Below are positions 1-14,404 of a stretch of DNA of 64,000 nt, in pieces. The stretch is from Eledone cirrhosa. Its lineage: Eukaryota. The position numbers were made by a program, and so were the translations under genes. The stretch's first letter is position 1. Every line of letters begins with the position of its first letter. Where the stretch lies: NCBI GenBank assembly GCA_964016885.1, contig OZ024741.1, positions 235,476,001 through 235,540,000 of the forward strand. The letters are read 5' to 3'. The notes below the pieces were generated by a model. It did no database searches. It was not told where the DNA came from and saw nothing but the letters and a program-made list of their open reading frames with translations.

Positions 1-3000
1 ATAGAGTATGTTACAGACAGACAGTCAGACATAGTATGTTACAGATAGAGTATGTTACAGACAGACAGTCAGATATAGTATGTTACAGGCAGAGTATGTA
101 ACAGACAGACAGTCAGACATAGTATGTTACAAATAGAGTATGTTACAGACAGACAGTCAGATATAGTATGTTACAGATAGAGTATGTAACAGACAGACAG
201 TCAGACATAGTATGTTACAGGCAGAATATGTTACAGGCAGTGTATGTTACAGGCAGAGTATGTTACAGGCAGACAGTCAGACATAGTATGTTACAGGTAG
301 AGTATGTTACAGACAGACAGTCAGATATAGTATGTTACAGATAGAGTATGTTACAGACAGACAGTCAGATATAGTATGTTACAGATAGAGTATGTTACAG
401 ACAGACAGTCAGACATAGTATGTTACAGATAGAGTATATTACAGACAGACAGTCAGATATAGTATGTTACAGATAGAGTATGTTACAGACAGACAGTCAG
501 ATATAGTATGTTACAGATAGAGTATGTAACAGACAGACAGTCAGACATAGTATGTTACAGGCAGAATATGTTACAGGCAGTGTATGTTACAGGCAGAGTA
601 TGTTACAGGCAGAGTATGTAACAGACAGACAGTCAGACATAGTATGTTACAGGTAGAGTATGTTACAGACAGACAGTCAGACATAGTATGTTACTGGTAG
701 TGTATGTTACAGACAGACAGCCAGACATAGTATGTTACAGATAGAGTATGTAACAGACAGACAGTCAGACATAGTATGTTACAGATAGAGTATGTAACAG
801 ACAGGCAGTCAGATATAGTATGTTACAGGCAGAGTATGTTACAGACAGACAGTCAGACATAGTATGTTACAGATAGAGTATGTTACAGACAGACAGTCAG
901 ATATAGTATGTTACAGGCAGACTATGTTACAGACAGACAGTCAGATATAGTATGTTACAGATAGAGTATGTAACAGACAGACAGTCAGACATAGTATGTT
1001 ACAGGCAGAATATGTTACAGGCAGTGTATGTTACTGGCAGAGTATGTTACAGGCAGAGTATGTAACAGACAGACAGTCAGACATAGTATGTTACAGGTAG
1101 AGTATATTACAGACAGACAGTCAGACATAGTATGTTACTGGTAGTGTATGTTACAGACAGACAGCCAGACATAGTATGTTACAGATAGAGTATGTAACAG
1201 ACAGACAGTCAGACATAGTTGTTACAGGCAGAGTATGTTACAGACAGACAGACAGACATAGTATGTTACAGGTAAAGTATGTTAAAGACAGACAGTCAGA
1301 CATAGTATGTTACAGGCAGAGTATGTAACAGACAGACAGTCAGACATAGTATGTTACAGACAGAGTATGTAACAGACAGACAGTCAGAAATAGTATGTTA
1401 CAGGCAGAGTATGTAACAATCAGACAGTCAGACATAGTATGTTACAGGTGGAGTATGTAACAGAGAGACAGTCAGACATAGTATGTTACAGGTGGAGTAT
1501 GTAACAGACAGATAGTCAGACATGGTATGTTACAGATAGAGTATGTAACAGACAGACAGTCAGACATAGTATGTTACAGGCAGAGTATGTTACAGGCAGA
1601 GTATGTTACAGGCAGACAGTCAGATATAGTATGTTACAGGCAGAGTATGTTACAGGCAGAGTATGTAACAGACAGACAGTCAGACATAGTATGTTACAGG
1701 TAGAGTATGTTACAGACAGGCAGTCAGACATAGTATGTTACTGGTAGTGTATGTTACAGACAGACAGCCAGACATAGTATGTTACAGATAGAGTATGTAA
1801 CAGACAGTCAGTCAGACATAGTATGTTACAGATAGAGTATGTAACAGACAGACAGTCAGATATAGTATGTTACAGGCAGAGTATGTTACAGACAGACAGT
1901 CAGACATAGTATGTTACAGATAGAGTATGTTACAGACAGACAGTCAGATATAGTATGTTACAGGCAGACTATGTTACAGACAGACAGTCAGATATAGTAT
2001 GTTACAGATAGAGTATGTAACAGACAGCAGTCAGACATAGTATGTTACAGATAGAGTATGTTACAGACAGACAGTCAGACATAGTATGTTACAGATAGAG
2101 TATGTTACAGACAGACAGTCAGATATAGTATGTTACAGGCAGAGTATGTAACAGACAGACAGTCAGACATAGTATGTTACAGATAGAGTATGTAACAGAC
2201 AGACAGTCAGACATAGTATGTTACAGATAGAGTATGTAACAGACAGACAGTCAGATATAGTATGTTACAGGCAGAGTATGTAACAGACAGACAGCCAGAC
2301 ATAGTATGTTACAGATAGAGTATGTAACAGACAGACAGTCAGACATAGTATGTTACAAATAGAGTATGTTACAGACAGTCAGATATAGTATGTTACAGGC
2401 AGAGTATGTAACAGACAGACAGTCAGACATAGTATGTTACAGATAGAGTATGTAACAGACAGACAGTCAGACATAGTATGTTACAGATAGAGTATGTAAC
2501 AGACAGACAGTCAGATATAGTATGTTACAGGCAGAGTATGTAACAGACAGACAGCCAGACATAGTATGTTACAGATAGAGTATGTAACAGACAGACAGTC
2601 AGACATAGTATGTTACAGGCAGAATATGTTACAGGCAGTGTATGTTACAGGCAGAGTATGTTACAGGCAGAGTATGTAACAGACAGACAGTCAGACATAG
2701 TATGTTACAGGTAGAGTATGTTACAGACAGACAGTCAGACATAGTATGTTACTGGTAGTGTATGTTACAGACAGACAGCCAGACATAGTATGTTACAGAT
2801 AGAGTATGTAACAGACAGTCAGTCAGACATAGTTGTTACAGGCAGAGTATGTTACAGACAGACAGACAGACATAGTATGTTACAGGTAAAGTATGTTAAA
2901 GACAGACAGTCAGACATAGTATGTTACAGGCAGAGTATGTAACAGACAGACAGTCAGACATAGTATGTTACAGACAGAGTATGTAACAGACAGACAGTCA

Positions 3001-6000
3001 GAAATAGTATGTTACAGGCGGAGTATGTAACAGACAGACAGTCAGATATAGTATGTTACAGGCAGAGTATGTAACAATCAGACAGTCAGACATAGTATGT
3101 TACAGGTGGGGTATGTAACAGAGAGACAGTCAGACATAGTATGTTACAGGTGGAGTATGTAACAGACAGATAGTCAGACATGGTATGTTATAGATAGAGT
3201 ATGTAACAGACAGACAGTCAGATATAGTATGTTACAGGCAGAGTATGTAGCAGACAGACAGTCAGACATAGTATGTTACAGATAGAGTATGTAACAGACA
3301 GACAGACAGTTAGAAATAGTATGTTACAGGTGGAGTATGTAACAGACAAACAGTCAGATATAGTATGTTACAGGCAGAGTATGTAACAATCAGACAGTCA
3401 GACATAGTATGTTACAGGTGGAGTAGGTAACAGACAGACAGTCAGATATAGTATGTTACAAATAGAGTATGTAACAGACAGACAGTCAGACATAGTATGT
3501 TACAGACAGACAGTCAGACATAGTATGTTACAGGCAGAGTATGTAACAGTCAGACAATCAGATATAGTAGGTTACAGATAGAGTATGTAACAGATAGACA
3601 GTCAGACATAGTATATTACAGATAGAGTATGTAACAGACAGACAGTCAGACATAGTATGTTACAGGCAGAGTATGTAACAGACAGACAGTCAGACATAGT
3701 ATGTTACAGATAGAGTATGTAACAGACAGACAGTCAGACATAGTATGTTACAGATAGAGTATGTAACAGACAGACAGTCAGACATAGTATGTTACAGATA
3801 GAGTATGTAACAGGCAGACAGTCAGACATAGTATGTTACATGCAGAGTATGTAACAGACAGACAGTCAGACATAGTATGATACAGATAGAGTATGTAACA
3901 GACAGACAGTCAGATATAGTATGTTACAGGTAGAGTATGTAACAGACAGACAGTCAGACATAGTATGTTACAGGCAGAGTATGTAACAGACAGACAGTCA
4001 GACATAGTATGTTACAGATAGAGTATGTTATAGACAGACTGTCAGACATAGTATGTTACAGGCAGAGTATGTAACAGACAGACAGTCAGACATAGTATGT
4101 TACAGGCAGAGTATGTAACAGACAGACAGTCAGATATAGTATGTTACAGACAGACAGTCAGATATAGTATGTTACAGGCAGAGTATGTAACAGACAGACA
4201 GTCAGACATAGTATGTTACAAGCAGAGTATGTAACAGGCAGACAGTCAGACATAGTATGTTACCGATAGAGTAAGTAACAGACAGACAGTCAGACATAGT
4301 ATGTTACAGGCAGAGTATGTAACAAACAGACAGTCAGACATAGTATGTTACAGGCAGAGTATGTAACAGACAGACAGTCAGATATAGTATGTTACAAACA
4401 GACTGTCAGACATAGTATGTTACAGATAGAGTATGTAACAGACAGACAGTCAGATATAGTATGTTACAGATAGAGTATGTAACAGACAGACAGTCAGACA
4501 TAGTATGTTACAGGCAGAGTATGTTACCGACAGACAATCAGATATAGTATGTTACAGGCAGAGTATGTAACAGACAGACAGTCAGGCATAGTATGTTACA
4601 GACAGACAGTCAGACATAGTATGTTACAGGCAAAGTATGTAACAGACAGACAGTCAGATATAGTATGTTACAGGCAAAGTATGTTACAGACAGACAGTCA
4701 GACATAGTATGTTACTGGTAGTGTATGTTACAGACAGACAGCCAGACATAGTATGTTACAGATAGAGTATGTAACAGACAGTCAGTCAGACATAGTATGT
4801 TACAGATAGAGTATGTAACAGACAGACAGTCAGATATAGTATGTTACAGGCAGAGTATGTTACAGACAGACAGTCAGACATAGTATGTTACAGATAGAGT
4901 ATGTTACAGACAGACAGTCAGATATAGTATGTTACAGGCAGACTATGTTACAGACAGACAGTCAGATATAGTATGTTACAGATAGAGTATGTAACAGACA
5001 GACAGTCAGACATAGTATGTTACAGATAGAGTATGTTACAGACAGACAGTCAGACATAGTATGTTACAGATAGAGTATGTTACAGACAGACAGTCAGATA
5101 TAGTATGTTACAGGCAGAGTATGTAACAGACAGACAGTCAGACATAGTATGTTACAGATAGAGTATGTAACAGACAGACAGTCAGACATAGTATGTTACA
5201 GATAGAGTATGTAACAGACAGACAGTCAGATATAGTATGTTACAGGCAGAGTATGTAACAGACAGACAGCCAGACATAGTATGTTACAGATAGAGTATGT
5301 AACAGACAGACAGTCAGACATAGTATGTTACAAATAGAGTATGTTACAGACAGTCAGATATAGTATGTTACAGATAGAGTATGTAACAGACAGACAGTCA
5401 GACATAGTATGTTACAGGCAGAATATGTTACAGGCAGTGTATGTTACAGGCAGAGTATGTTACAGGCAGAGTATGTAACAGACAGACAGTCAGACATAGT
5501 ATGTTACAGGTAGAGTATGTTACAGACAGACAGTCAGACATAGTATGTTACTGGTAGTGTATGTTACAGACAGACAGCCAGACATAGTATGTTACAGATA
5601 GAGTATGTAACAGACAGTCAGTCAGACATAGTTGTTACAGGCAGAGTATGTTACAGACAGACAGACAGACATAGTATGTTACAGGTAAAGTATGTTAAAG
5701 ACAGACAGTCAGACATAGTATGTTACAGGCAGAGTATGTAACAGACAGACAGTCAGACATAGTATGTTACAGACAGAGTATGTAACAGACAGACAGTCAG
5801 AAATAGTATGTTACAGGCGGAGTATGTAACAGACAGACAGTCAGATATAGTATGTTACAGGCAGAGTATGTAACAATCAGACAGTCAGACATAGTATGTT
5901 ACAGGTGGGGTATGTAACAGAGAGACAGTCAGACATAGTATGTTACAGGTGGAGTATGTAACAGACAGATAGTCAGACATGGTATGTTATAGATAGAGTA

Positions 6001-8275
6001 TGTAACAGACAGACAGTCAGATATAGTATGTTACAGGCAGAGTATGTAGCAGACAGACAGTCAGACATAGTATGTTACAGATAGAGTATGTAACAGACAG
6101 ACAGACAGTTAGAAATAGTATGTTACAGGTGGAGTATGTAACAGACAAACAGTCAGATATAGTATGTTACAGGCAGAGTATGTAACAATCAGACAGTCAG
6201 ACATAGTATGTTACAGGTGGAGTAGGTAACAGACAGACAGTCAGATATAGTATGTTACAAATAGAGTATGTAACAGACAGACAGTCAGACATAGTATGTT
6301 ACAGACAGACAGTCAGACATAGTATGTTACAGGCAGAGTATGTAACAGTCAGACAATCAGATATAGTAGGTTACAGATAGAGTATGTAACAGATAGACAG
6401 TCAGACATAGTATATTACAGATAGAGTATGTAACAGACAGACAGTCAGACATAGTATGTTACAGGCAGAGTATGTAACAGACAGACAGTCAGACATAGTA
6501 TGTTACAGATAGAGTATGTAACAGACAGACAGTCAGACATAGTATGTTACAGATAGAGTATGTAACAGACAGACAGTCAGACATAGTATGTCACAGATAG
6601 AGTATGTAACAGGCAGACAGTCAGACATAGTATGTTACATGCAGAGTATGTAACAGACAGACAGTCAGACATAGTATGATACAGATAGAGTATGTAACAG
6701 ACAGACAGTCAGATATAGTATGTTACAGGTAGAGTATGTAACAGACAGACAGTCAGACATAGTATGTTACAGGCAGAGTATGTAACAGACAGACAGTCAG
6801 ACATAGTATGTTACAGATAGAGTATGTTATAGACAGACTGTCAGACATAGTATGTTACAGGCAGAGTATGTAACAGACAGACAGTCAGACATAGTATGTT
6901 ACAGGCAGAGTATGTAACAGACAGACAGTCAGATATAGTATGTTACAGACAGACAGTCAGATATAGTATGTTACAGGCAGAGTATGTAACAGACAGACAG
7001 TCAGACATAGTATGTTACAAGCAGAGTATGTAACAGGCAGACAGTCAGACATAGTATGTTACCGATAGAGTAAGTAACAGACAGACAGTCAGACATAGTA
7101 TGTTACAGGCAGAGTATGTAACAAACAGACAGTCAGACATAGTATGTTACAGGCAGAGTATGTAACAGACAGACAGTCAGATATAGTATGTTACAAACAG
7201 ACTGTCAGACATAGTATGTTACAGATAGAGTATGTAACAGACAGACAGTCAGATATAGTATGTTACAGATAGAGTATGTAACAGACAGACAGTCAGACAT
7301 AGTATGTTACAGGCAGAGTATGTTACCGACAGACAATCAGATATAGTATGTTACAGGCAGAGTATGTAACAGACAGACAGTCAGGCATAGTATGTTACAG
7401 ACAGACAGTCAGACATAGTATGTTACAGGCAAAGTATGTAACAGACAGACAGTCAGATATAGTATGTTACAGATAGAGTATGTAACAGACAGACAGTCAG
7501 ACATAGTATGTTACAGATAGAGTATGTAACAGACAGACAGTCAGACATAGTATGTTACAGGCAGAGTATGTAACAGACAGACAGTCAGACATAGTATGTT
7601 CCAGGCAGAGTATGTTACAGACAGACAGTCAGATATAGTATGTTACAGGCAGAGTATGTAACAGACAGACAGTCAGGCATAGTATGTTACAGATAGAGTA
7701 AGTAACAGACAGACAGTCAGACATAGTATGTTACAGGCAGAGTATGTAACAGACAGACAGTCAGATATAGTATGTTACAGATAGAGTATGTAACAGACAG
7801 ACAGTCAGATATAGTATGTTACAGATAGAGTATGTAACAGACAGACAGTCAGACATAGTATGTTACAGGCAGAGTATGTAACAGACAGACAGTCAGATAT
7901 AGTATGTTACAGACAGACAGTCAGATATAGTATGTTACAGATAGAGTATGTAACAGACAGACAGTCAGACATAGTATGTTACAGATAGAGTATGTTACAG
8001 ACAGACAGTCAGACATAGTATGTTACAGATAGAGTATGTAACAGACAGACAGGCAGACATAGTATGTTACAGATAGACAGTCAGATATAGTATGTCACAG
8101 ATAGAGTATTCAACAGTCAGACAGTCAGACATAGTATGTTACAGATAGAGTATGTTACAGACAGACAGTCAGACATAGTATGTTACAGATAGAGTATGTA
8201 ACAGACAGACAGGCAGACATAGTATGTTACAGATAGAGTATGTAACAGACAGACAGTCAGACATAGTATGTTACA
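1..8275. repeat. Satellite array, 44-bp monomer ATAGAGTATGTTACAG+ACAGACAGTCAGACATAGTATGTTACAG (16+28 subunits)
   Basis: Unit recurs at 1, 45, ...; both subunits end in AGTATGTTACAG; occasional runs of the 16-mer or 28-mer alone; array runs off the left window edge. Confidence 0.97.
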
Positions 8276-8495
8276 GACAGGCACAGTCTGAGTATGTTAC
8301 AGCCAGACAGGCACAGTCTGAGTATGTTACAGACAGACAGGCACAGTCTGAGTATGTTACAGACAGACAGGCACAGTCTGAGTATGTTACAGACAGACAG
8401 GCACAGTCTGAGTATGTTACAGACAGACAGGCACAGTCTGAGTATGTTACAGACAGACAGGCACAGTCTGAGTATGTTACAGACAGACAGATACA
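8276..8495. repeat. 30-bp tandem repeat x7 (GCACAGTCTGAGTATGTTACAGACAGACAG) capping the satellite
   Basis: Near-perfect 30-bp period at 8281-8490; shares the AGTATGTTACAG core with the 44-mer; followed by (GA)n at ~8549-8615. Confidence 0.95.
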
Positions 8496-8545
8496 GTATG
8501 TTAGAGACAATCAGAAAAAGCACAAACTCTTTGTTATACATAGAA

Positions 8546-8620
<75 letters not shown>

Positions 8621-9715
8621 ATGTGTGTATGTGTTTGTTTATGCATGTGTGTGTGTTACAGAGAGGGAGACACTATGTTACAGTGAATGAGGGGGAAGGT
8701 GGTATTATATTACATAGAAAGAGAAAGAGAGAGAGGGAGGCAGTATGTTACAAATTGAAAGGCAGAAAGAGTATTTTAGAGAGAGAGAGAGAGAAAAATT
8801 GGAGAACCCAAGCGCATTCCTAACAACAGGCATGGAGGAGGACTTTTTATAGTGGTGTTGGCAGATGGGCCACCAAAACACTTTTTTTATGATTTAAAAT
8901 CGGATTCCAACTTAACCGTAAAGTTTTCCCATGTCTTAACTATGGATGCCTTTACTGTCTCTGCTGTGGCTTTTCACACTTGCTTGGGCCGTATGTGCAA
9001 GGAAGACTTATTTCTGAGAGAAGCTTTGCAAGCTTGATGGCATCTTTGCTTGATGGCATCTTTGCTTGATGGCATCTTTGATCCCTTGATTGAACCAAGG
9101 AGTATTCCTGCCACCACATTGCTGATCTCCTAAATCTGGTCACAACAACATCTCTTCCAATGTACAGGAGATAAATCTATGAGCAATGACTAACCTCTGA
9201 TGAAATTCAGCCTGAGATGTTAAAAGCCTAAAATAAAGAAGATATACTCTGGCTGGCTTGTGTGTGCCAGGTGGCCTGAATCTCTGGAAAAGTACATAAG
9301 CAATGGCAATCTGGAGATATAATCACAATTTTCAAAATGCGAAACAAGAGAGGTTGCTCCAATTATAGAGAGGCCTCCTTATTAAGCTTCCCCGCTAAAG
9401 TCTATGCTAAGTGTCTGACAAACAGATGTAAGGATATTCTTGAATCCAAGCTAACTGCCGACCAAATATTCACTCTGCGGCAGATCTTTGAGAAGTGTAT
9501 GCTTGTTTGATAGAACTAAAAAAAGCATATGACCACATTCCACAGGCCCTGCTGTGGAAGATTCTGCAGGGGTATGGGATTGATGGACAGCTTCTTGATG
9601 TCCTGATGCCTCTATATGAATACCCTAGTATTTGTGTTCAGATAAATGGTGCTTAGTTGAAACCATTCAATGTGGGTATCAAACTTCATCAAGGGTACAT
9701 ACTGTCACCTCTTCT

Positions 9716-11567
9716 GACAGTAAGGTGTTCTGGAAATATGTACATTCAAAGCAGAGACCTCACTCTCCAGTTGGTCCTCTTCGTAATCCCCACACAAACC
9801 AGATCACTGACGATCCCAAAGAATGCGCAGAACTCATTGCTGAGTGCTATGCAAGTATTTTTACTCTTGAAAACCAGAATGTACCATCTCCACCATCTCT
9901 AACATCAAATTCCATAACAACTATGGAATTTACAATGCTGCGACGTCACCCTAAGAATAAGCACAACTATGCCTCCCCTGGTATTGATGGTGTTACATAC
10001 CTGCTTCTCAAACGTGGCGGGTACTTCCTTTTGCACCAGCTTTCTTTCTTCTTTCAATACTGTCTCAACAATGGTGCTACTCCAGAACAGTGGAAAACTG
10101 CCAGTGTCATTCCCCTGTTCAAAAAGGGCGACCGCACATCACCTATCAACTATCATCCAGTCAGTCTTACTAGCTGTATTGCCAAACTGATGGAATCCTG
10201 TGTCAGAGAAACACTTTGGAACTGCTGGAGCTCTCACAGCCTCATCCGGCCCTCGAAATTTGGATTTATCCCTAACTCCAGCTGCTGTGATCAGCTTATC
10301 GAGTTCCTTGAAGACATTACCCGGATCACTGACAGCAGCTCTTGGGTGGATGTTGTTTACCTTGACTTCACTAAGGTTTTTAATTCTGTGCCACACAAAA
10401 GGCTTATGGCGAAACTCTCTGCAATGGGTGTGAGGGATGATCTTTTTAACTGGTTGAAATCCTTCATTCTCAGCCGAAAACAGGTAGTCACGGTTCTAGG
10501 ACAGCATTCTTCACCATATGAGATGTCATCTGGTGTACCACAGGGATCTGTTCTTGGTCTCCTTTTGTTTGTTGCATACATTAATGACATAGATGCCAAC
10601 TTAAAGAATGCCACAGTACTGAAATATGCAGATGACATCAAGCTGTACCTTGAAATCAAAAAGACAGATCCTGAAATCTATAACTCTTTCCTACAATCAG
10701 ACCTGGACACAATGCAGCAATGGATCACAGACTGGCAACTGAAGCTGGCTGTGGACAAGTGTACATTTTGGGAAGATAAATCCAGCATCCACATACTCGT
10801 TCCACAACACTGATATCAAGAAGTCCTCTTGTGAACGTGACCTGGGCATTACTGTCAGCAGCGATTTGTGTTGGATGGACAAAGCACATCTCTAAAATTG
10901 TCAAGAAGGCCGAGGGTGTCTTGACATCACTCAGCAAGACCTTTGTTAGCCACTCTCCAGCCATCTATTTAAAGCTGTATACAGCTATGGTACGACCACT
11001 CTTGGAATTCGCATCATCAGTCTGGAACCCCTATCTTGCTCAGAACATTGACCTCCTGGAAACTGTTCAGAGACGTGCAACCAAGCGCATACCCTCCATC
11101 AGACACCTACCATACTCTGAACGCCTTGCTTCTCTGGGCATGGATTCATTGAAGCTCCGACGTCTGGCAATGGACTTGGTAAACACCCACAAAGTTATTA
11201 ACCATCTCGCCAACAACAACCCTGAGCACCTTTTTGATCTCCATGTGTCTAACACACGTGGACATGCCTACAAAGTCAGAAAACAACACAGCTCCCATGA
11301 CTTTCGGAAATATTTTTTCACGCTTAGAGTTGCTGAAGCATGGAACAAACTGCCTGCGTCAGTTGTTAGCTGCCGAGACACTGCATCCTTTAAAACCCTC
11401 ATGCTTCCCGAAATTCGCCAAAACTACACCTGATGTCCCCCTTCCATACACATGCACACATGACTCATGCACTGTTCATTTTCCTGACGTTTGTACATTA
11501 CCCTATGTACTATACATACACTTTTGATGAGTTGTAGTGACCTGAGCACTGTACATATTTTCATTAT
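9716..11567 (+). mobile_element. 5'-truncated CR1/Jockey-group LINE, ORF2 reverse transcriptase with frameshifts
   Basis: ORFs 9632-10813 and 10831-11433: FWKYV, SPGIDG, NYHPVSLTS, VVYLDFTKVFNSVPH, GVPQGSVLG, YADD, LYTAMVRPLLEFASSVWNP, TRGHAYK, FFTLRVAEAWNKLP; 3' UTR ends in CATTAT. Confidence 0.92.
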
Positions 11568-11569
11568 GC

Positions 11570-11687
11570 CATTCTGAATTCAAATCCCACCGAGGTTAAC
11601 TTTGCCTTTCATCCTTACGGGGTCGATTTAATAAAGTACCAGTAATACACTGGCCTTGTGCTAAAAGTAGAAACAATTATTATTATT
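11570..11687 (+). mobile_element. tRNA-derived SINE family A, 5'-truncated
   Basis: TTCAAATCCC B box, core CTTTGCCTTTCATCCTTACGGGGTCGAT, end GTAGAAACAATTATT; same as the copy at 27267. Confidence 0.85.
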
Positions 11688-12879
11688 ATAATCTTCATGA
11701 AGAGGATTGACATGTGCAGCCAATTTGGAAATGGTACCACTGTTGGATCAGTTGGCTGGAATTTGTGGACAATATGATATTATCAGCTTGTCAGAAGGTG
11801 ATCTTCGGCATGCACTTGATAGGTTTGTTAAATGACACAAATGAAAATTAGTGCTGTGAAGACTGAGACACTCATCCTCTCAAGGAAGTTTGTGCATTGC
11901 ACTCTACATGTGAGTGGAGTTCCACTGAAGCAGGTGGAGATGTTCAATATCTCAGGGCCATGTTCACAAGTGATGGAAGACTGGAGGTTTAATTAAGGCT
12001 ACAAATTGCAGGAGTTGGTGTAGTAATACATCAGTTTCATCATTAGGTAATCAGAAGCAGGGAGGTAGGTGTAAAAGCCAAATTCACTATCATTCGTGCC
12101 AGCCCTTCCCAGTGGTCATGAATTTGGGGTAATAGGGCTCCTCCAAAGGGTTTTTTAAGTAATATTACTCAATAGAGTGCGTAACTTGGATATCAGAAAA
12201 TCTCTCCAGGTAGTGCTGCTACATCTTCGAATGGAGAAATCACAGCTCCGATACTGAGGACATGTTAGAATGTCTCAGGAAAGAATCACTAGACAGATTT
12301 TATGGGCAAAACCAACCAGCAGGAGACCCAGAGGTAGACTCAGAGCAAGATGGTTGGATAACATCCATGAGCTTGGCTGGTCTCACTTGGGGATCCAGCT
12401 GGATCAATTGGAGATGGTTGCTTCTGACAGGACCCACTGAAAGGCATGCTTGATGACTCTCTCCCCATGACTCTCCCAGGAATAAGTGGGAGAAGAAAAA
12501 GCAGAAGAAGAAGAAGAAGAAGAAGAAGAAGAAGAAGAAGAAGAAGAAGAAGAAGAAGAAGAAGAAAGATAGAGACAGTATATTAGTGAGAGTGAAAGTG
12601 AAAGTTACAAGAGATTGTATGAGACAGAGAGAGAGAGAGGTGTGTATGTCACAGAAAAAGAGAGCTTGTGATTCACAGCAGCTGAGAGAGAGAGAGAGAG
12701 CAAGTATGTCAGAGGGAGAGAGTATGACATAGAGAGAGAGAGAGAGAGAGTTTGGCAGAGAAGTATGTTACACAGAGAGAGAGTGTTGGGGGGGGGGAGA
12801 ATATTAGAAAAGTAGAGACAATATGTTAGAGAGACAGATAGAGAAAGAGAAACAGAACTAGACAGTCAGCTGAGACAAG

Positions 12880-13139
12880 TAGTGGTGAGTTGGTGGTGGT
12901 GGTGGTGGCGTTGGTGGTGGAGGTGGTGGTGGTGTTGGTGGTGGTGGTGGGATGAGTGTAGTAGAGGTTTTGGTTGGAGAGGAAGGAAATATAGTGGGGA
13001 TGGTAGGACTATTGGAGACAGGTGGCTGTGGTGGTCATGGTGTTAGTAGTGGTCACACACTTACACACACATAAACACATACTTACATATACACTTACAC
13101 ACACACTCACACACACACTCTTATATACACACATAGACA

Positions 13140-13181
<42 letters not shown>

Positions 13182-14359
13182 AAGGATGGTTTGGAAGAGT
13201 AGTTTATTGACTATGATGGCCTTGATGGTGTGTTGTTGCTGCTGCTGCTGCTGCTGATGATGATGATGGTAGTTGGTGGTGTTGGGGATGGTGTGTTTCT
13301 GCTGCTGCTGATGGTGTCAGTGGTGGTGGTGTGTTGTTGTTGGTACTGATATAAGGTGGAGTGGGTTGGTGGGGATATACAGTGGTGGTGGTGGTGGTGG
13401 TGGTGGTGTATATGGTGGTAATATATGGCTGTCTTTGAAGAGGTGGTGGTGGTGGTGGTGGTGACGTCTGGTGGTGTGTATGGGTGCTTGTGGTAGTGGT
13501 AGTGGTGGTGGTGGAGATGGTAGTGATATATAGTTGTGTGTGATTGAGGTGAGGGGAAATAGGGGTGGTAGGGATGTGTAGTAGAAATAGAGGGTGGAGG
13601 TGGAGGTGGTGGTTGTTTGGTACTAGGTTAACCCTGATTGAACAGACCCAAGGCATTCCAGCCATGACCATCCTAGCTTATTGGATACTTAAGACTACAT
13701 CATACAATATGTCCTTCTTATTTTAATACTGTAGTGTGTGACTTGAGTGAATTTTGCTGCTATTTTAAATCCTTGTTGGTAGTTGGATATGGAGGGGGAG
13801 TAGTTGGTGTTTTCATATGGTGGTGGTGGTGGGGGGGGTAATGGTGGTAGGGGCGGTGGTGGTGGTGGTAGAGGTGGTGGTGGTGGGGCTAGTGGCGGTA
13901 GAGGCAGTGGGGGGGGGGCAGCGGTGGTGGTGGTGGTGGTAGGGGCAGTGTGTATGTGTGTGGGGTGGTGGTGGGGGGGGGGGGGGGGGGACAGTGGTGA
14001 TGGTAGGGGTGGTGGTGGTGTTGTGTGTGTGGGGGTTGGGGGTTGAACTGATACTGAGGATTGTTGGGGAGGTGGGGGTTGAGTTAGATGTTTGTGGTGG
14101 AGGTGGTAATGATGTGCTGGTGGTGTTGGTTGTTTGTAGTAGTAGTAGTAGTAGTGGTGGTGCTAGTAGTAGTAGTAGTAGTAGTAGTAGTACTACTACT
14201 AGTAGTAGTAGTAGTGTCATGATGAGGGGCGGCGGAGATGGTGAAATTTTTTGCAGGTGGTGGTGAAGGTGTAGAATGAGAAAGAAGGTGGTGGTGGTGG
14301 TGGGTTATTTCAGTGGTGTTACTGGTATTAGTCTTACTAGTAAGTAGTAGTAGTAGTAA

Positions 14360-14404
<45 letters not shown>

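Larger units (their letters stand above)
9190..12566 (+). mobile_element. Degenerate RTE-clade LINE (RT region), split by later insertions at ~9715-11685; (GAA)n tail
   Basis: Broken RT motifs DEIQPEMLKA (~9199), NYR..SLLSFPAKVYA (~9361), DQIFTLRQIFEK (~9460), KPFNVGIKLHQGYILSPLL (9660-9716); resumes IIFM (~11688), LKQVE..TSDG (~11925), RPRGRLRARWLDNI (~12322); (GAA)n 12504-12566. Confidence 0.85.

Noticed and set aside
1-8275. CRISPR-like regular spacing
   Set aside because: No unique spacers, no cas genes, eukaryotic context
8224-8686. Repetitive ORFs (QAQSEYVTDR)n
   Set aside because: Translation of the 30-bp tandem repeat and (GA)n
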